A DNA stretch of 58,165 nucleotides, the filler included, from Circinaria calcarea (taxonomy: Eukaryota): assembly GCA_051942165.1 (NCBI GenBank). It is 8 parts of 8 records of this genome, joined end to end, with 100 filler letters (N's around TTAATTAATTAA, not from the genome) between each part and the next. Parts side by side here need not be neighbours in the genome. Positions count along the whole stretch, not along the records: positions 7,298 to 14,494 come from JAVECS010001389.1; positions 14,595 to 21,790 come from JAVECS010001390.1; positions 21,891 to 29,084 come from JAVECS010001391.1; 5 more parts are not named here. One strand, written 5' to 3'. Shown in pieces: positions 12,408-25,100 of the stretch. A program made the position numbers and the translations under genes. The first letter of the stretch is position 1. Every line of letters starts with the position of its first letter. The notes under the pieces were generated by a model. The model was not told where the DNA came from and made no database searches. It worked only from the letters and a program-made list of their open reading frames with translations.

Positions 12408-12754
12408 ATTTGTCGTTTGTGGGTAATTCGAGTGGTATCAGAGGTCAGGCTGGTCCATTGCGCAAAAGCTGAAGCTGAGGTCGAGAGAGTGCGATGGGGC
12501 TGAAGCCTTCCAAACTTGCCTTTGCCCTGATGTTCATCGGGTGCTTAGAATAGACGGGGCACGGTCGTGCGTCGGTGCCGGCCCCCGGCTTCTATTGGTT
12601 TGCAGGGGTGTTCGCGCTACCTTCCTCTGGCCGTGATGGCCGTCATTTCTCATCCTTCATGACGCTTATCATTTATCGCAGTAGCACAGACTGTCAGGAT
12701 GGAAAAACCATCAGCGCCATCACTATCGTCTGACTGGAGATTAGTCCAATCAAC

Positions 12755-14152
12755 ATGGACGAGACATTTCAAAGAATCAAGGCCAAGGCGTGCTTTGTCG
12801 ATGGAAGCAAGCCTCAGACCATCAAAGTCCAATTGGAGAATGGTAAGCCTGATGAGGACATTTCAATTGAAAATGTGTTGGCTGTCATACCTTTGTGCAC
12901 CCCCGAGCATGGGCGAACCTACGACCTACTTTATATGAAGAAACTGGCAAAGGACGAGGAAGAAAATTCCGTGATTCATTTCCTGCAGATTGACGGACTG
13001 CTAGAGGCGTCCTTGGAAGAATTCAGAGTTCAAAAGACACCGCCTCATTTATCCATTCCCGCGAGTCAAGATGGTGGAACGAATATTCACGTGATTGTTT
13101 CTGTCCGATCAGGCACCCTTGAAGCAGCGCCCTTTTTCGAAAATGCGGTCCGCCCCGTTTTCCATGCTCTAGGCCTCTCGAGGAAGGATTACGAAGTCCA
13201 TCATACTACATCAGAGCAATCAGTTATGGACTTTGCATCGAATACGCTGCACCCTAGAGCGAATGCAGGTACTCCTCAGACCGTCCTCCTTCTGTCAGGA
13301 GATGGAGGAGTTGTCGATATCGTCAACGTCTTGCTTCAGAACACCCAGAGCGCCCTTTACGTCAAACCGAGCATTGGATTAATTGCACTGGGTACCGGGA
13401 ATGCCCTAGCCAACTCAACCGGCCTCAATCACGATGCTACCCGAGGTCTTAAATCCTTCCTTCATGGTCGTCCGCACAGCCTTCCCACTTTCACCGCGCG
13501 ATTCTCAGCCGGCTCTGAAATTCTCACCGATGAAGGCAGAAAACCCGAACCCTTGGTCACAGACAAATTAGGGACGGGCACAGTCCACGGTGCCGTTGTC
13601 TGCAGTTGGGCTCTACACGCCTCTCTAGTCGCCGACAGCGACACTACCGAATACCGCAAATACGGCGCCCAGAGATTCCAAATGGCGGCCCAAGAGCTCC
13701 TTAAACCATCCGACGGCTCCGAGCCCCATCACTACCGAGGCCGAATCTCCCTCACGAAAAAGGACGCCAACGGCCAAGAATCAATAGTATGCCTGGATCG
13801 GGAAGAGCACATGTACATCCTCGCCACCCTTGTTTCCAACCTCGAGAAGCATTTCAACATCTCCCCTCATTCCAAGCCTCTCGACAGCCAACTCCGCTTC
13901 CTGCACTTTGGCCTTCTCCCCAGCGACGAGATCATCCGTATCCTCGGTCTGGCCTATGCAGGCGGGAAACACATTCAGGAAGAAGCGGTCCAGTATGAAC
14001 CGATTGAAGCCTTACGCATCGAGTTCGACGAACCGGATGGGCGCTGGCGTCGCGTGTGCGTCGATGGGAAGATTATCCGCGTGGGCAAGGGGGGATGGAT
14101 GGAGGTTAAGAGGGAGGGGCGCGATGTGCTGGATTTGATTGCGGATGTTTAA
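12755..14152 (+). CDS. Diacylglycerol/sphingosine kinase family (DAGK catalytic domain) protein
   Basis: LLSGDGGVVDIVN and ALGTGNALA motifs, plus a C-terminal VCVDG motif; intronless 465 aa. Confidence 0.9.
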   Translation: MDETFQRIKAKACFVDGSKPQTIKVQLENGKPDEDISIENVLAVIPLCTPEHGRTYDLLYMKKLAKDEEENSVIHFLQIDGLLEASLEEFRVQKTPPHLSIPASQDGGTNIHVIVSVRSGTLEAAPFFENAVRPVFHALGLSRKDYEVHHTTSEQSVMDFASNTLHPRANAGTPQTVLLLSGDGGVVDIVNVLLQNTQSALYVKPSIGLIALGTGNALANSTGLNHDATRGLKSFLHGRPHSLPTFTARFSAGSEILTDEGRKPEPLVTDKLGTGTVHGAVVCSWALHASLVADSDTTEYRKYGAQRFQMAAQELLKPSDGSEPHHYRGRISLTKKDANGQESIVCLDREEHMYILATLVSNLEKHFNISPHSKPLDSQLRFLHFGLLPSDEIIRILGLAYAGGKHIQEEAVQYEPIEALRIEFDEPDGRWRRVCVDGKIIRVGKGGWMEVKREGRDVLDLIADV

Positions 14153-14494
14153 TGCGCACGGCAGGGGCTTTGTGGAGACTGGGAGGAGGCTGTCTTGGTT
14201 GGCCTTATCTACAAAGTATTGTATATAGTTGTCAAACGGAAGGAGGAAGGTACGCTTTAGACTACACGTCATAAATCCCGAAGCACCATTTAAAAACCGG
14301 ACACCTGGCCAGGCAACCGTTTGGATTTCTAGCTTCCCTTTTTCGCAAAGGAAGCTAATATATCCTTGGTCCTTGGGGATTAAAGGGTATCCTCTCCCTA
14401 TCCTCTCCCTATCCTATTTCCTTTCCTCGCCCATTCCACCTCCTCCCCCCCCCCCCCCTTTCTTTCTCTCTTGACTCTCCACCCCGCTCTAAAC

Positions 14495-14594
14495 NNNNNN
14501 NNNNNNNNNNNNNNNNNNNNNNNNNNNNNNNNNNNNNNTTAATTAATTAANNNNNNNNNNNNNNNNNNNNNNNNNNNNNNNNNNNNNNNNNNNN
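14495..14594. other. Artificial contig linker
   Basis: N44-TTAATTAATTAA-N44. Confidence 0.98.
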
Positions 14595-15286
14595 ATGTGC
14601 GTCGTCTCGGTAAAGTCTGGAAGATTGCCTTTAAGGCTGGCAGTATCGGGTATAATCTTGAGCATCTGGGACATGGTAGGGCGGAGAAGGACGATATGCG
14701 CATTCTGGTGCTGGCTAAGGTGTTCACGTTCGAGGTACCTATCTTCCCATCAGCGTCAACCCCGGAGACCAGCTCAAAGCGGTTTGGTGTCGAAGCTTCT
14801 GAAGAGTATAGATAGTGCAACATACTCTTCCCAGAATGCTATGTTCTGTGTAATTTCGTCAGCCTAATATGATTGACCCGCAAGGACCTGGAACTGTACA
14901 TTATCCGTAAGCCAATCGTTCTTCAGCATGTCAATGTCCTCCTTCGTCACTGCACAGCATTCAGCGTCTTTTCTCTAACCTGAAGGCGGAGGTCAGGCGC
15001 ACACACGTCGAGCATCATAGTCTATGGCGATCAGCAATGCGCTCCGAAGCTGGATCGAGGAGAAACATACAGTCCAGGTATGGATCAGCAGGACTCAGCT
15101 TCACCCAATTCATTAGCCATTGATCTCTTAAGGTTCTGGAATAGCGGCAGCAACGATGCCTGCGAGGGCAATGTACCGCGAACGGGGAGGATGGACTAAA
15201 ACAGCATACAGGATAGAAGCCCATACCGAGTCCCCAAAGTGTCTGCTAACCCTCCCTTTGAAGGGATGGAAGCCGGTGTCGCGCAT
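14595..15286 (-). CDS. denA: NEDD8-specific protease DEN1/SENP8 (Ulp1 family), 3'-truncated by the contig end
   Basis: Exons 15227-15286, 15071-15098, 15007-15021, 14900-14949, 14826-14845 and 14595-14738 give MRDTGFHPFKGRVSRHFGDS|LSPADPYLDY|YDARL|TKEDIDMLKNDWLTDN|NIAFWEE|YLEREHL...IVLLRPTMS...LPDFTETTH, matching the DenA/DEN1 N-terminus (WLTDNxIxFWEEYL). Confidence 0.9.
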
Positions 15287-16134
15287 AACGTTGGATGGGA
15301 GGCTTGTAGTTCTGATGGGGCCGATGTTGCTGGAGGAGTGAGACTTCACGGGGGCTTGCTTGGTATACAGATTATTGCATTGATCTCCAAATTCGTCGGG
15401 GAATTCTTGATTTCCGACCAGGATCACCCGGCTGGATGATGACGATGTGCTTATGGCGTGTGGGGAAGCCGACAGGGATTGTGTTCCCGCGCTCGAGTCT
15501 GAAACGAGCACTAAGCAAGCGAGGATTGACTCCCGCTCTGCCGCGCGGTAGGCAGGAAATCTCCGACACCAGGAAACGGCTGATCGGAATGGGTCGCCCA
15601 TGTGGTGGTGCAAAAGTAGCACTTCTTTCTCAAACGAATGTACGGGAGTCTCCCATGCCTCTTGTACCTTTTGGAGTTTATGGCCACTGGGTTGAACGAA
15701 ATCAGAGGATATGTTTCTTTGTCGCCTTGCAGAGGGCCACTCCGGATCTGGGCACTCCTTTATTTACTATCGTCCAACAGAGATCTCCGTGCTGATTTAC
15801 AGATTCCGCCGATACTCAAATAGGTCCCGCATTGCAGCGCCTGGCCACTCAATCTAGCAGAGGTGTTATGAAGGTAACCTCGCTCGCCGAGTTGTAAGCA
15901 GCCTTTCCCAAAACATTAGGATCAGCCTAGCCATATACTGCCCAGTGAACGATTGCATGAGACCAAGGACGTTTTGTGCGTCGAACAAACTATATTCGTG
16001 GTATACAGAATTGGCTTCGAAGCGCGCCCCAGCAACAAGCCCACCATGGTACAATCGACCTGTTATCGGCAAACGCCTGCCAGCTCTAGCTTTGTCCTCA
16101 ACAAAAGCCCATGCATTCTGCCCCTTCAAAGTAG

Positions 16135-19100
16135 CTAGGTACATGCCAATATAGCTTCCTCTAGACGACTCTGCAAACTCTGCTGCTCCGTCCTCAACAT
16201 CTTCGCCAAATCCTGAATACGATTGCTCTTGATCTCCTTTCTAGCCTCGTTTAATCCTATTTGGACGTCCTTGAAACTCGATACCAACTTTTCACCTACT
16301 TTCCTTGTATGCACCAGGTATCCCTCGTAATCGTCCTTATGCGCTTGGGCTAGATTATCGATGAGCCGTTTACCATCCCGTTCATAGCCCTTAACGACAT
16401 CATCAATGGCCTCCTCTTTAGCGATAAGATGTTGTACCAGTCGCTGTATAGTCATGTTAGACTAGCTACTGTGCAGAGGAAGGGTGTCTTACATTAGAAA
16501 CATCATATAAAGCATCAAGTGTGCCCTTTTGATGGGGTCGAAGTGCTTCCCTCCATCGGTTCACAGCGTTGTTGCTCCCCGCGTCGGCCGATGGCTTAAA
16601 AGGATCCGCCTTCCCTATACTGTTAGAGCTTTCTGAACTTGACGATCCTGGAGAGCTAGGTAGAGAAGGTTTTTCGTCAACCAACGTCTTGTCTATGTCA
16701 TCTTCGTATTCATCTGTTGCAGTACCAACGGGCCGGCGTGGTTTCTCAACAGTCATGCCCTTCATTGCTGTTTTTTTGGGCGCACCTTTAACTTTGGTCC
16801 CAGAAGCTCGAAGTAGCTGCAGGAAGCTATTTGGTTGATCCTGACCCTTGCTGACAAATGGATCTTGAGGATCCGCAACATGGACAACAGTCTCTGTCTG
16901 GAGATTGACTAGCTTTCCGTCAGCGTGTTCTCTGTGCGCCATCATGTCTTGCAGCATCCTCGATGGTGCAGTCGGTGAGCTCGGTAAGAGCTTTCCGATG
17001 CTAGAAGAAAGGAACTCTCTCTTAACCGAACTAGACGACGATTGAGCCTCTAATGCGGGAAGATCCATTCCGAGCTTTCTGATTTTTTCGTTGAGAGTGA
17101 GCCCAGTGTCCTCCACATCGGCTAGTGCTTGCAGGTATATGTTGCTTTCTTCGGCCTCTGTCAGATCGTCCATCATGTGGCGCATATCAAGGCCACCGCT
17201 GATTCCTCGTGGCGGATGGGCTAATGGTATTGGACTTCCATTTGGATCGATCTTTGTTCCTTGCGAGGCGTAGTGCTGGGAGCCATCCATAAAGCTAGGA
17301 CTGACGCCTTGAACGATTGTATTTGCAGGAACTTCGGACATTGGGGAAGCGACGTTTATTGTCCTTCGGCGCTTTCCTGATGGTGCTCGAATGGTTTGGT
17401 CCATGCCTGAAGTTTCTTCTTTGGGATGCTTGCGTTTAGGTGCTAGGTTTTGCTGGAGGGAGATCTCGTTCAGGTCTTCCTGCTGCACAAGGTCCTTCAT
17501 CTGCAACTTTCTCGCGGAGATAATACCCTGATTTCGAGGGCCTTTCGCACTAAAGGCGATGATAGCGGGCTTTCTATATAAGTACTCCTCGCTGTTGGCA
17601 AGCGCTAAATTCCTGTCAATGGTCTGTTTTGGAACCGGTTCTTGCACTGGAGTGGTCACATCAATATGCTTCGGCACAGATGCCTTGACTTTCTTCGAAA
17701 CGCCTTGCATGACCTCCTCAGACTTGCGCTTGGGCCGTGAGACCTCTGCCTCGTTTGGTGGACTTGCTTTCTGCGCTACTTCGACTTCTGAAGCGTATTT
17801 AGAGCTGTCATCTTCGCCAGAGGAGAGTTCGATGATTTCATGATTCTGTGACCCGACCTTGCATTGCATCCTACGACCACGATGGATTTCATCCACCGTT
17901 TCAGAGTCAATTGTAATGGCTTCTTCTGCTTTTAAAGTATTCGGAGATTGCCGTTCTGGAAGCCGTGCAATTGGAATTTGTGCTTTTCTGTTGTCTGGTT
18001 CCTTACCCTCTTTCGCCTTTTTGTGACCTGGAAATAATATAGTTGGTGCTGAATTCGATCTGCCTAGGTTAGAAAGCTTATTGGGAGGTTGACTACCTAC
18101 GCTTTCCACCGACGTTTTGTCTGCGGCATTATTCTTAGTGCTTAGAGACTTGTTCTCCGTGAGTGCAACTGGTATAACGGACTGCGGAAGAGTGACAAGA
18201 GTAGACAGATTCTCATTTAGTCGCGCTGCAAAGGGATCTCCTCCTGCTGTACGATTTGTGATCTCCTGCATGTTATGTTTGGGACGAAGCTCAGCGAGGA
18301 TTCGTTGCTGTTCTGTGCTCACATCTGTAGCGGCAGCATCTTGATTGATCAATGACATCCGCTGGTCATCCAACCTAGCTGTCAAAGGTTTTTTTTCGAC
18401 GTTCTCTCCATCGTTGTGGAAGGGAAGAGGCAATAGAGGGACTGTCTCCCTCGGTATTGATGACTCATTTTCGCCAATTCTATCAAGATCGGTAAACTCC
18501 ATAGCATTATCGAAATGATGACTATTCTCTCCACCGACCATACTTGACACTTCTCCTCTTGGTAGCGGTACATTAGGTATATCCACGATGAGACTATCGA
18601 CAGGCATTATGTATCTAGCCCCAAGCCTAGACTCATTGGATTTGGTACCCCTATCATCATTGGATTTGGTACCCCTATCATCATTGAATTTGGTACCCCT
18701 ATCAACATTGGAGACTGAAACACCAGTAGATTCTTGAATCTCGATTGCACTTGTGACAAATTCTGCGTCTCTATTGACGGCGGCCCCTTGAACATGTGTA
18801 CTTTTCGGGTGAGTTACAGCAGCTGAGATGTTGAGGTTCTCCGGCGTGCTAGGTACAAGCAGGCGGCTCGGATTGACATCGCCATTTTGGATGCTGGGTT
18901 CGATCGCTACTGATCCCGAGCAGACCATGGAGGCAATCGGAGCTGTTCTGTTTTTCGCCTCGTTGTTTCCTGGGCCTATGGAGTTGAAGGTATCCAAAGT
19001 GCGATCAGCTTCGGATGCAATCTGGAGTCCATGGCCGATTATCCTCTCTCTAGAAGGATCCTCCCGTTCAGCCTGATCGGCGCCAGGGTCATGTCTAGAA

Positions 19101-21790
19101 ATCACAAGATCTACCTGATCTGATAGTGATACCGGATTGGCATCATCAGTAGTATTCGTAATTACCGTCTTCTGAGCCGTGACCTCGGGTAAGATGGTAT
19201 TGTGATCGGACATACCTTGAATCTTGAGATTAGCTCTAGTAGCCGCTGCCCGTCGAGTACCTGGTCGAATTAACGCTGCTGGGGCGTTTTGGCGCTTCTT
19301 TGCGGAGGACTTCGTTTCCCGCGTCGCCTTTTTCGAAACCGTAGAAACCGGCTCTGTTGGCGGCCGCTTTGTTACTCGTGGCTGAACCGCAGTGGTTCCC
19401 GAAACTGATGCTGATTTATTCGCCCTTTTTGCTGATGAGGGTCTATAATCATCGTCGAGCTCACTAGTCCTGTGTTCATTGCCACTGTCAACCCCCTCAG
19501 CATCTACAAGTTCCTGGGCCGCATCAAAATCATCATCAACTGGCCGACGCTGCTTCTTACCCTTAGCGGGAAGAGTAGATGACTTAGGTAGTTTCCTTGA
19601 TTTCTTTCCGCCTGAAGCTGCTGTAGTAGTTGGCCGTGTAGAGGAAGCTTTGCTTGGCTTCAGACCGAGATGCGTTTTAGATGCTCTCGTGGGGGAAGAT
19701 GGAATTGCAAAAACGTCGTCTTGCTCGCCGTTCGTCACCGGATTTGCCTCTGTTGATTGTTGAACTTCTTCGGCTTTCATCTTTGGTCGAGCAGGCTTTT
19801 TTGCCTTGGCTTTTGAGGTTTTGAGCTTTGTAGTCTTTACCGTCGAGAGAGGTTGAGACACTTTGGTCTTTCCGAGGGATTTTCTATTTTGAGGTTTGGA
19901 TTCTTGCGTACCACCAATCCTAGCCGGTTCTCCTTCACGATCACGCATACGTTGGCTAACTTTCGATTTACCAGCACTAGTGGGTATGGTTGAACAATTT
20001 AGGTGTAGCAATTTCGCTTGGACGTCTAATTTAGATCTCGCAGATGTTTCAGACCGTTGCTCCTCTGGAGCAATGTACGTGGAGCCACCGCTGGGAGAAT
20101 TAGTGGACCTATTATCGGGATGCTCCTTTGGATTCGCATCTATCCCTTGCACCTGACCATTTGTAACGCCCTCCTGAAATTCTGGTGCGTTTTCAATAGC
20201 ATAAATTCCTTGCAGCCACTGAGCCGAGCTCGCTAGACCGTTGGCAAATAACCCATTCGTGTGCTGTGATAGAGACCGAATCTCTTCACCTAGATTATCG
20301 AGACCAGCATTTCCCTTTGAGCCATTCATGGTAATTAATGAGATCGGAGACGCAGTGCCTACTCTTCCATTGTTTGCGTCATTTTCCTCACTCGTGAGAA
20401 GCTTTCTGCTGGGGGTTTGTCCTTCCTGAAATGATGTTTCAACATCCTCTGACCGTTCCTCCGATATGAGCTTATTCGCCCGACTAGCTGTTGCTACCAA
20501 GTCATCGAGTGTCTGTCGATCGGTTCGTGTGTACACGCCCTCGAGATCTTGATGCAACTTATGACCTTCATAAGACACGTCAAGAGGCTCCGAGTTACTA
20601 AGCTGGTATCGAGGCTGCTGATCGTCCTGATAAGTGACATCGACTGGTTGTGAAACACTGACCCGCGATGTAGGTAGAGACCCCTGTCGACGAGTAATCC
20701 GTGTCTCTAAATCCATAGCTGTGTCCGTATCTAGAGTAAGCCTGATAAAAGGCATGGAATAGCCAAGAGCATTTACATAGAGCGTATTAGAAACATCCCT
20801 AGCAAGATGGATGATGATGGCTGCTTTGGACTGGGTCACCTTAGAAGCTGAATGAGAAGACCTACCAGTCTCCTCTACTTCTGTGCCTGTAATGTTCTCT
20901 AGCGGAATATCAACGTACTTTGCGGTTTGTAGGCCATCCGCTGGTATCATGATGTTCAGCAGACCATGGACGGTGATCAATATCACTTGCGAGCCACCAA
21001 AAGAGTAGTTTTCTTCTCCAAACTGTAACGACTGTGCGAAACGTGCGGAAGTCCTCAAAGGTCGTCAACGCTTGAATATAAGGGTAATAATAGTGATGAG
21101 GAGCTTACTGATCTGTTCTGTTCATCTGCGTATGCATATCATCCAGGTAGAGCTGAAACTTCTCCACCCACTGCGAGTCATGGTACTGACTCTTGGGAAA
21201 CCCGGTATATGCAATGACCTCCGTGCCCATGGGCCAGAAAATGTCCTCGGGTGAGCCGTTGGTCATAAGTTCCCTGATGATCGATCCAGCGATCAACCTG
21301 AGTAACTCGTTTTCTTCACCTATAACCATATTGCCTAGCGCTCGTCTTAAAAGGTTACCCGTCAGCTTGACCTTGTGGTTGATGATCTCAAAGCTTACCT
21401 CCGATCTTCCGGACTCAACTCCACAATTGTTCGGTTCTTTGGACTATCTTTGAGAAGTTCCAGCACGAGTAAACCCATCTGAAGAAAACAGTCAGACTCG
21501 AGTCGACTTCACAATGAAGCATACGCTTACCCATCTCCTTGATCCTTCGGGTGACTGACGGTTGCAAAAGCTGCTCAATGATAAAAGAAGGATTCCCGCT
21601 CCGATCCGAGCTTTCCTGCCAGCCAAAGGTGTAGCATCACTGTATGGAGATGCAAATGGCGACATCGGAACGGGTGCTTCGGATGTATGAATGGACTCCT
21701 AATTATTGATGAGTCCAAGCTCCTTGACCCTCACGGGATCATTTTTACCATTAGGAGGCATAGTCCTCGAAGCTGCGGCCAGCATGGCTC
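16135..21790 (-). CDS. Large protein (>=1798 aa, 5'-truncated): helical + beta-rich N-terminal domains, long disordered middle, C-terminal coiled coil; candidate Red1/Rec10/SYCP2-like meiotic axis protein
   Basis: GT-AG introns at 21699-21748, 21479-21530, 21346-21398, 21054-21108 and 16444-16492 join the ORFs 21105-21329, 16466-21058 and 16135-16455 into one frame (5397 nt). The gene model is well supported; the functional call is inference. Confidence 0.75.
18633..18712. repeat. Coding tandem repeat, 24-bp unit x ~3.3
   Basis: TCATTGGATTTGGTACCCCTATCA x2 plus one variant; encodes DRGTKFND/DRGTKSND/DRGTKSNE on the minus strand. Confidence 0.9.
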
Positions 21791-21890
21791 NNNNNNNNNN
21801 NNNNNNNNNNNNNNNNNNNNNNNNNNNNNNNNNNTTAATTAATTAANNNNNNNNNNNNNNNNNNNNNNNNNNNNNNNNNNNNNNNNNNNN
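21791..21890. other. Artificial contig linker
   Basis: N44-TTAATTAATTAA-N44. Confidence 0.98.
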
Positions 21891-22152
21891 TTGAGCCATC
21901 AAGCTCAACTACTGGAGAAGGAAGTAAAGGCAGCAGTGATGCGTACCCCTCAGTCCTGACAACATGACCATGCAGGTAAGATACCATGCCAAAGTAAAGT
22001 TTACCAATCAAGCCCTCTAGGCCACAATGCAAAGGAACAGTCTGATTCCCATGCCCATTGCTATTCCCGATCCCTCAACCCCCTTCTTCGTTTGTCACCT
22101 CACCCACATTGACTCATCCTCTTCTCAACTCTCCCTCCCCCATACAATCCAT

Positions 22153-25100
22153 CTAATGCCCACTCCCGACCAACAACCGCCGATTCTTCTTCAACAGCCC
22201 ATTCAACCTCTTTTCCAACGCCTCCGTCTCCTTCCGCTGCTCCATCAACATCCTCTCCGCGTCCTCCACGCTCATCAACGCAACCCGCTCCTGCGTCGCC
22301 TCTTCCCCGGGACCCCCCGCACCACCCATACCGGCATCCCCAGTCGCGGCCCAGTAGTTGGTCGCCATGGGTCCCTGGCGCGTCATGGGCGAGTCGAAGT
22401 GGTTGATGAATTGATTAACGAATGTTTCGCGATCCTGTCCATCAGTGTTCGTTTCTCTGTTGGTGGAAATTGTGTATTGAGGTTTGGTGATACCGTCTAA
22501 AGGACCGGTCGACTGGGGGGTTGCGTATATCCAGCTATCAATGGGAAATCTAGCTGAGTTAAACACACCAGGACCGGAGGCAGCGATGTTCTTGTTGCGT
22601 AGATTAAGATATTGGAGGGCTTGCGCACTGGTGAAGCCGCGGAGCATACGGCGGTCGGGCAGGATGACAACACACTTGTCATTTCCAGTCTCTACACAAA
22701 CGGCCTTACCTTGTTCGAGTAATTGGCGCTGGGATTCGGTGAGAATGGGAAAAACTGTTGACTCGGCAAAATCAGACTCCGTAAAGTCGAAGCGCTGGTT
22801 GATGCCTGGAACACTACGAAAGAGGTCAAGAGTATGGGCGGTGAACTCCCCGGTTTTCTGAAGATCTGCGAATATGGAGGCAGCAGTGAGTAGACTCCTT
22901 TGTAGTGCATCGACAGTCTTCGAAGCGGTGGGTGCTGTAGGTTCATCAGGTTCCTTTGCGCTGGAACGGTTTTGTCTAATATCCTTCTTTGTCTCCTTCT
23001 TTGATGCTTTGGTTGTCTTTTTGGTTTCCTTGGTAGGAGTGACTTGGGTCGTAGTTGTAATCTCCGGGGCTACATCCTTGCTAGGACGAGGAGAAGGCGG
23101 TCCAGTTTCTAAAGGAGTAGATTCGGTGGAGAGGCCGACGATGGCCTTCTTAGCCTTCTTTTTTCGACCAATTATTGGAGCTTGTACAGGTTCTTCCGGA
23201 AAATTTACTTTCATTGCTTCTTCGCTCTTACTGCTTTCTTCAATTAACCTTGCCCTAGCTTGACGGTCCTTCTTTTGCTGGCTCTTTGTGCTCAGGCGGA
23301 CAGGTGCGGATCCTACTTTACTAGGGGCAGGAGAACCTTGACGAGAGTGAGATCTTGACGTTAGAGACGCGTTGTCAGAAGTCGTTTCATTAAAGGGGGT
23401 CCCTGGCTGGTTGATAGAGGCCACACTAGGCTGGCGAGATGGCTGTCGGGTGACCGGCAGTGGTGGAGGCATTGGATTCGCACTGGCTGCTGGTAAACGA
23501 GAGGATGTTTCTGATTTCGGCGTTTGTACTACTCTGATTGTTCGAGATTGGATTGGACGTGATACGGAAGACGAAGAAGTCTGCGATGTTGCTGTTGCCG
23601 GAGTTGCCGGCAGTGAAGGAACAGGAACTGCTTTGGTAGATTTCATAGGAGTCGTTGGCCCGCTTTGAGTCGATAAAGGAAGTGTATACTCTGACTCTTT
23701 CTTCGGCGCGTCATTCACAGTAGTTAAATCAAGCTTACCAGGACGCTGCTGCTTCCCAGTCGAGATCGTTGATTGCGTGGGTTGTTTCGGTTTCTCTGTG
23801 GCGACTGTCTGTGTTCCAGGTATCTCAACAGTCAAGTTTGGAGTAACGCCTATCTTGGATAAATTTGGGTGTGAACTTGTTACTTGCCCTTCATGTCGTT
23901 TGTCCTTAGCTGTCGAACTTGACTTGCTCTCCAGAAGACCTGTCGCGGCAGTATCCAGTTTCTCTATGATAGACCGAGCATGTTCACCGTCTAAAACTTT
24001 GCCAGAAACCTCATCTGCTTTGGTAGATGCAGTCGTTTGAGCTGATTGTGAGGGTAATATAGGCACAGCTGGAGTAACCACCAAAGGCACTACACTGCTA
24101 CCGCCAACCTTTTGACTGGAAGGACCCGGGGTTGCGGGAGCCTTTTGCGGAGTTACCAATGGTGGGAAATCTTGAGGCAGAGAAAGTCCAGGTGGAACAG
24201 CTGTTGGAGTGGCGACTCGATCTTTCAATCGGATGTCAGTTGCAGGCTTGATGCGTATGTCCTTAGTTAAAGGTCGCGTTGGTGAACCAAGCGCGGTTGA
24301 CGTTGAGTATTCATCGAGAGGATTTTGCGTTGGTTCTGTGTTGACAGAACTGTCAGCTTAAGAACCCTAAAAAAATTATTGACCAATCAAAGAGCAATGC
24401 TCGCGAGGCTCAGATGAAATAAGGCAAGCCCAGTAATTAGACTCGAAGAAGATGGCAATATACAATAGACTGTCTTCACTTAACACACAAAAGGACATCT
24501 CTACATCATTGAAGCTATTGAGGTAGCTTTCGTCGTTCTCGTCAGGGCACGGTATGGCATAGGATCTAATCTTGCGAGTGATGGTGAGAAGATTGCTTTT
24601 GGTACATTGCTACCTATTCGAAGGTAGGGAAGGGGCATTAACGTACATGACCGGCCATGACGAGGACGGCGACGTTGACAGCGTATGGACTAGCCAAATC
24701 CGCCTCTCCGATAGAGCATAGAGAACGGTGAAATGTCTCTAGGAAAGAAGAAAATATAACCTCAGATGCTCCTGACTGATATAACTCCGGCACCCCGTGA
24801 CATGAAGCCCATGTAAAACGCCACATATTCCTGCCTCTGATGTTGCAGCTCGCGCCATGCTTCGCTAAGTGAGGAGAGGAAACTATTCGTGATTGCCATA
24901 GAATGCTGAAGAAAAAGGGTATTTTGGAGGAGCCAAGCAAGCATTTACCATGAGGGTCCATAGCCGCCTCCATACATCATATTACTGGAATTGTACCCAC
25001 CTCGACCTTGATTGCCACCGTACAGCCCCTGCCCGGCCCCAGCATGGTGCATTCTAGCTTGTAGGATACTCGGGTCCGCAAGATCAACTATCCCACCTCC

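Noticed and set aside
14595..21790. Functional link between DenA and the candidate meiotic axis gene
   Set aside because: Only adjacency; no sequence evidence of co-regulation
22153..24228. Stand-alone 691-aa gene
   Set aside because: Starts at TTG with no nearby ATG and is preceded by a good branch point/acceptor in phase with the NOT4 donor; better explained as the terminal NOT4 exon
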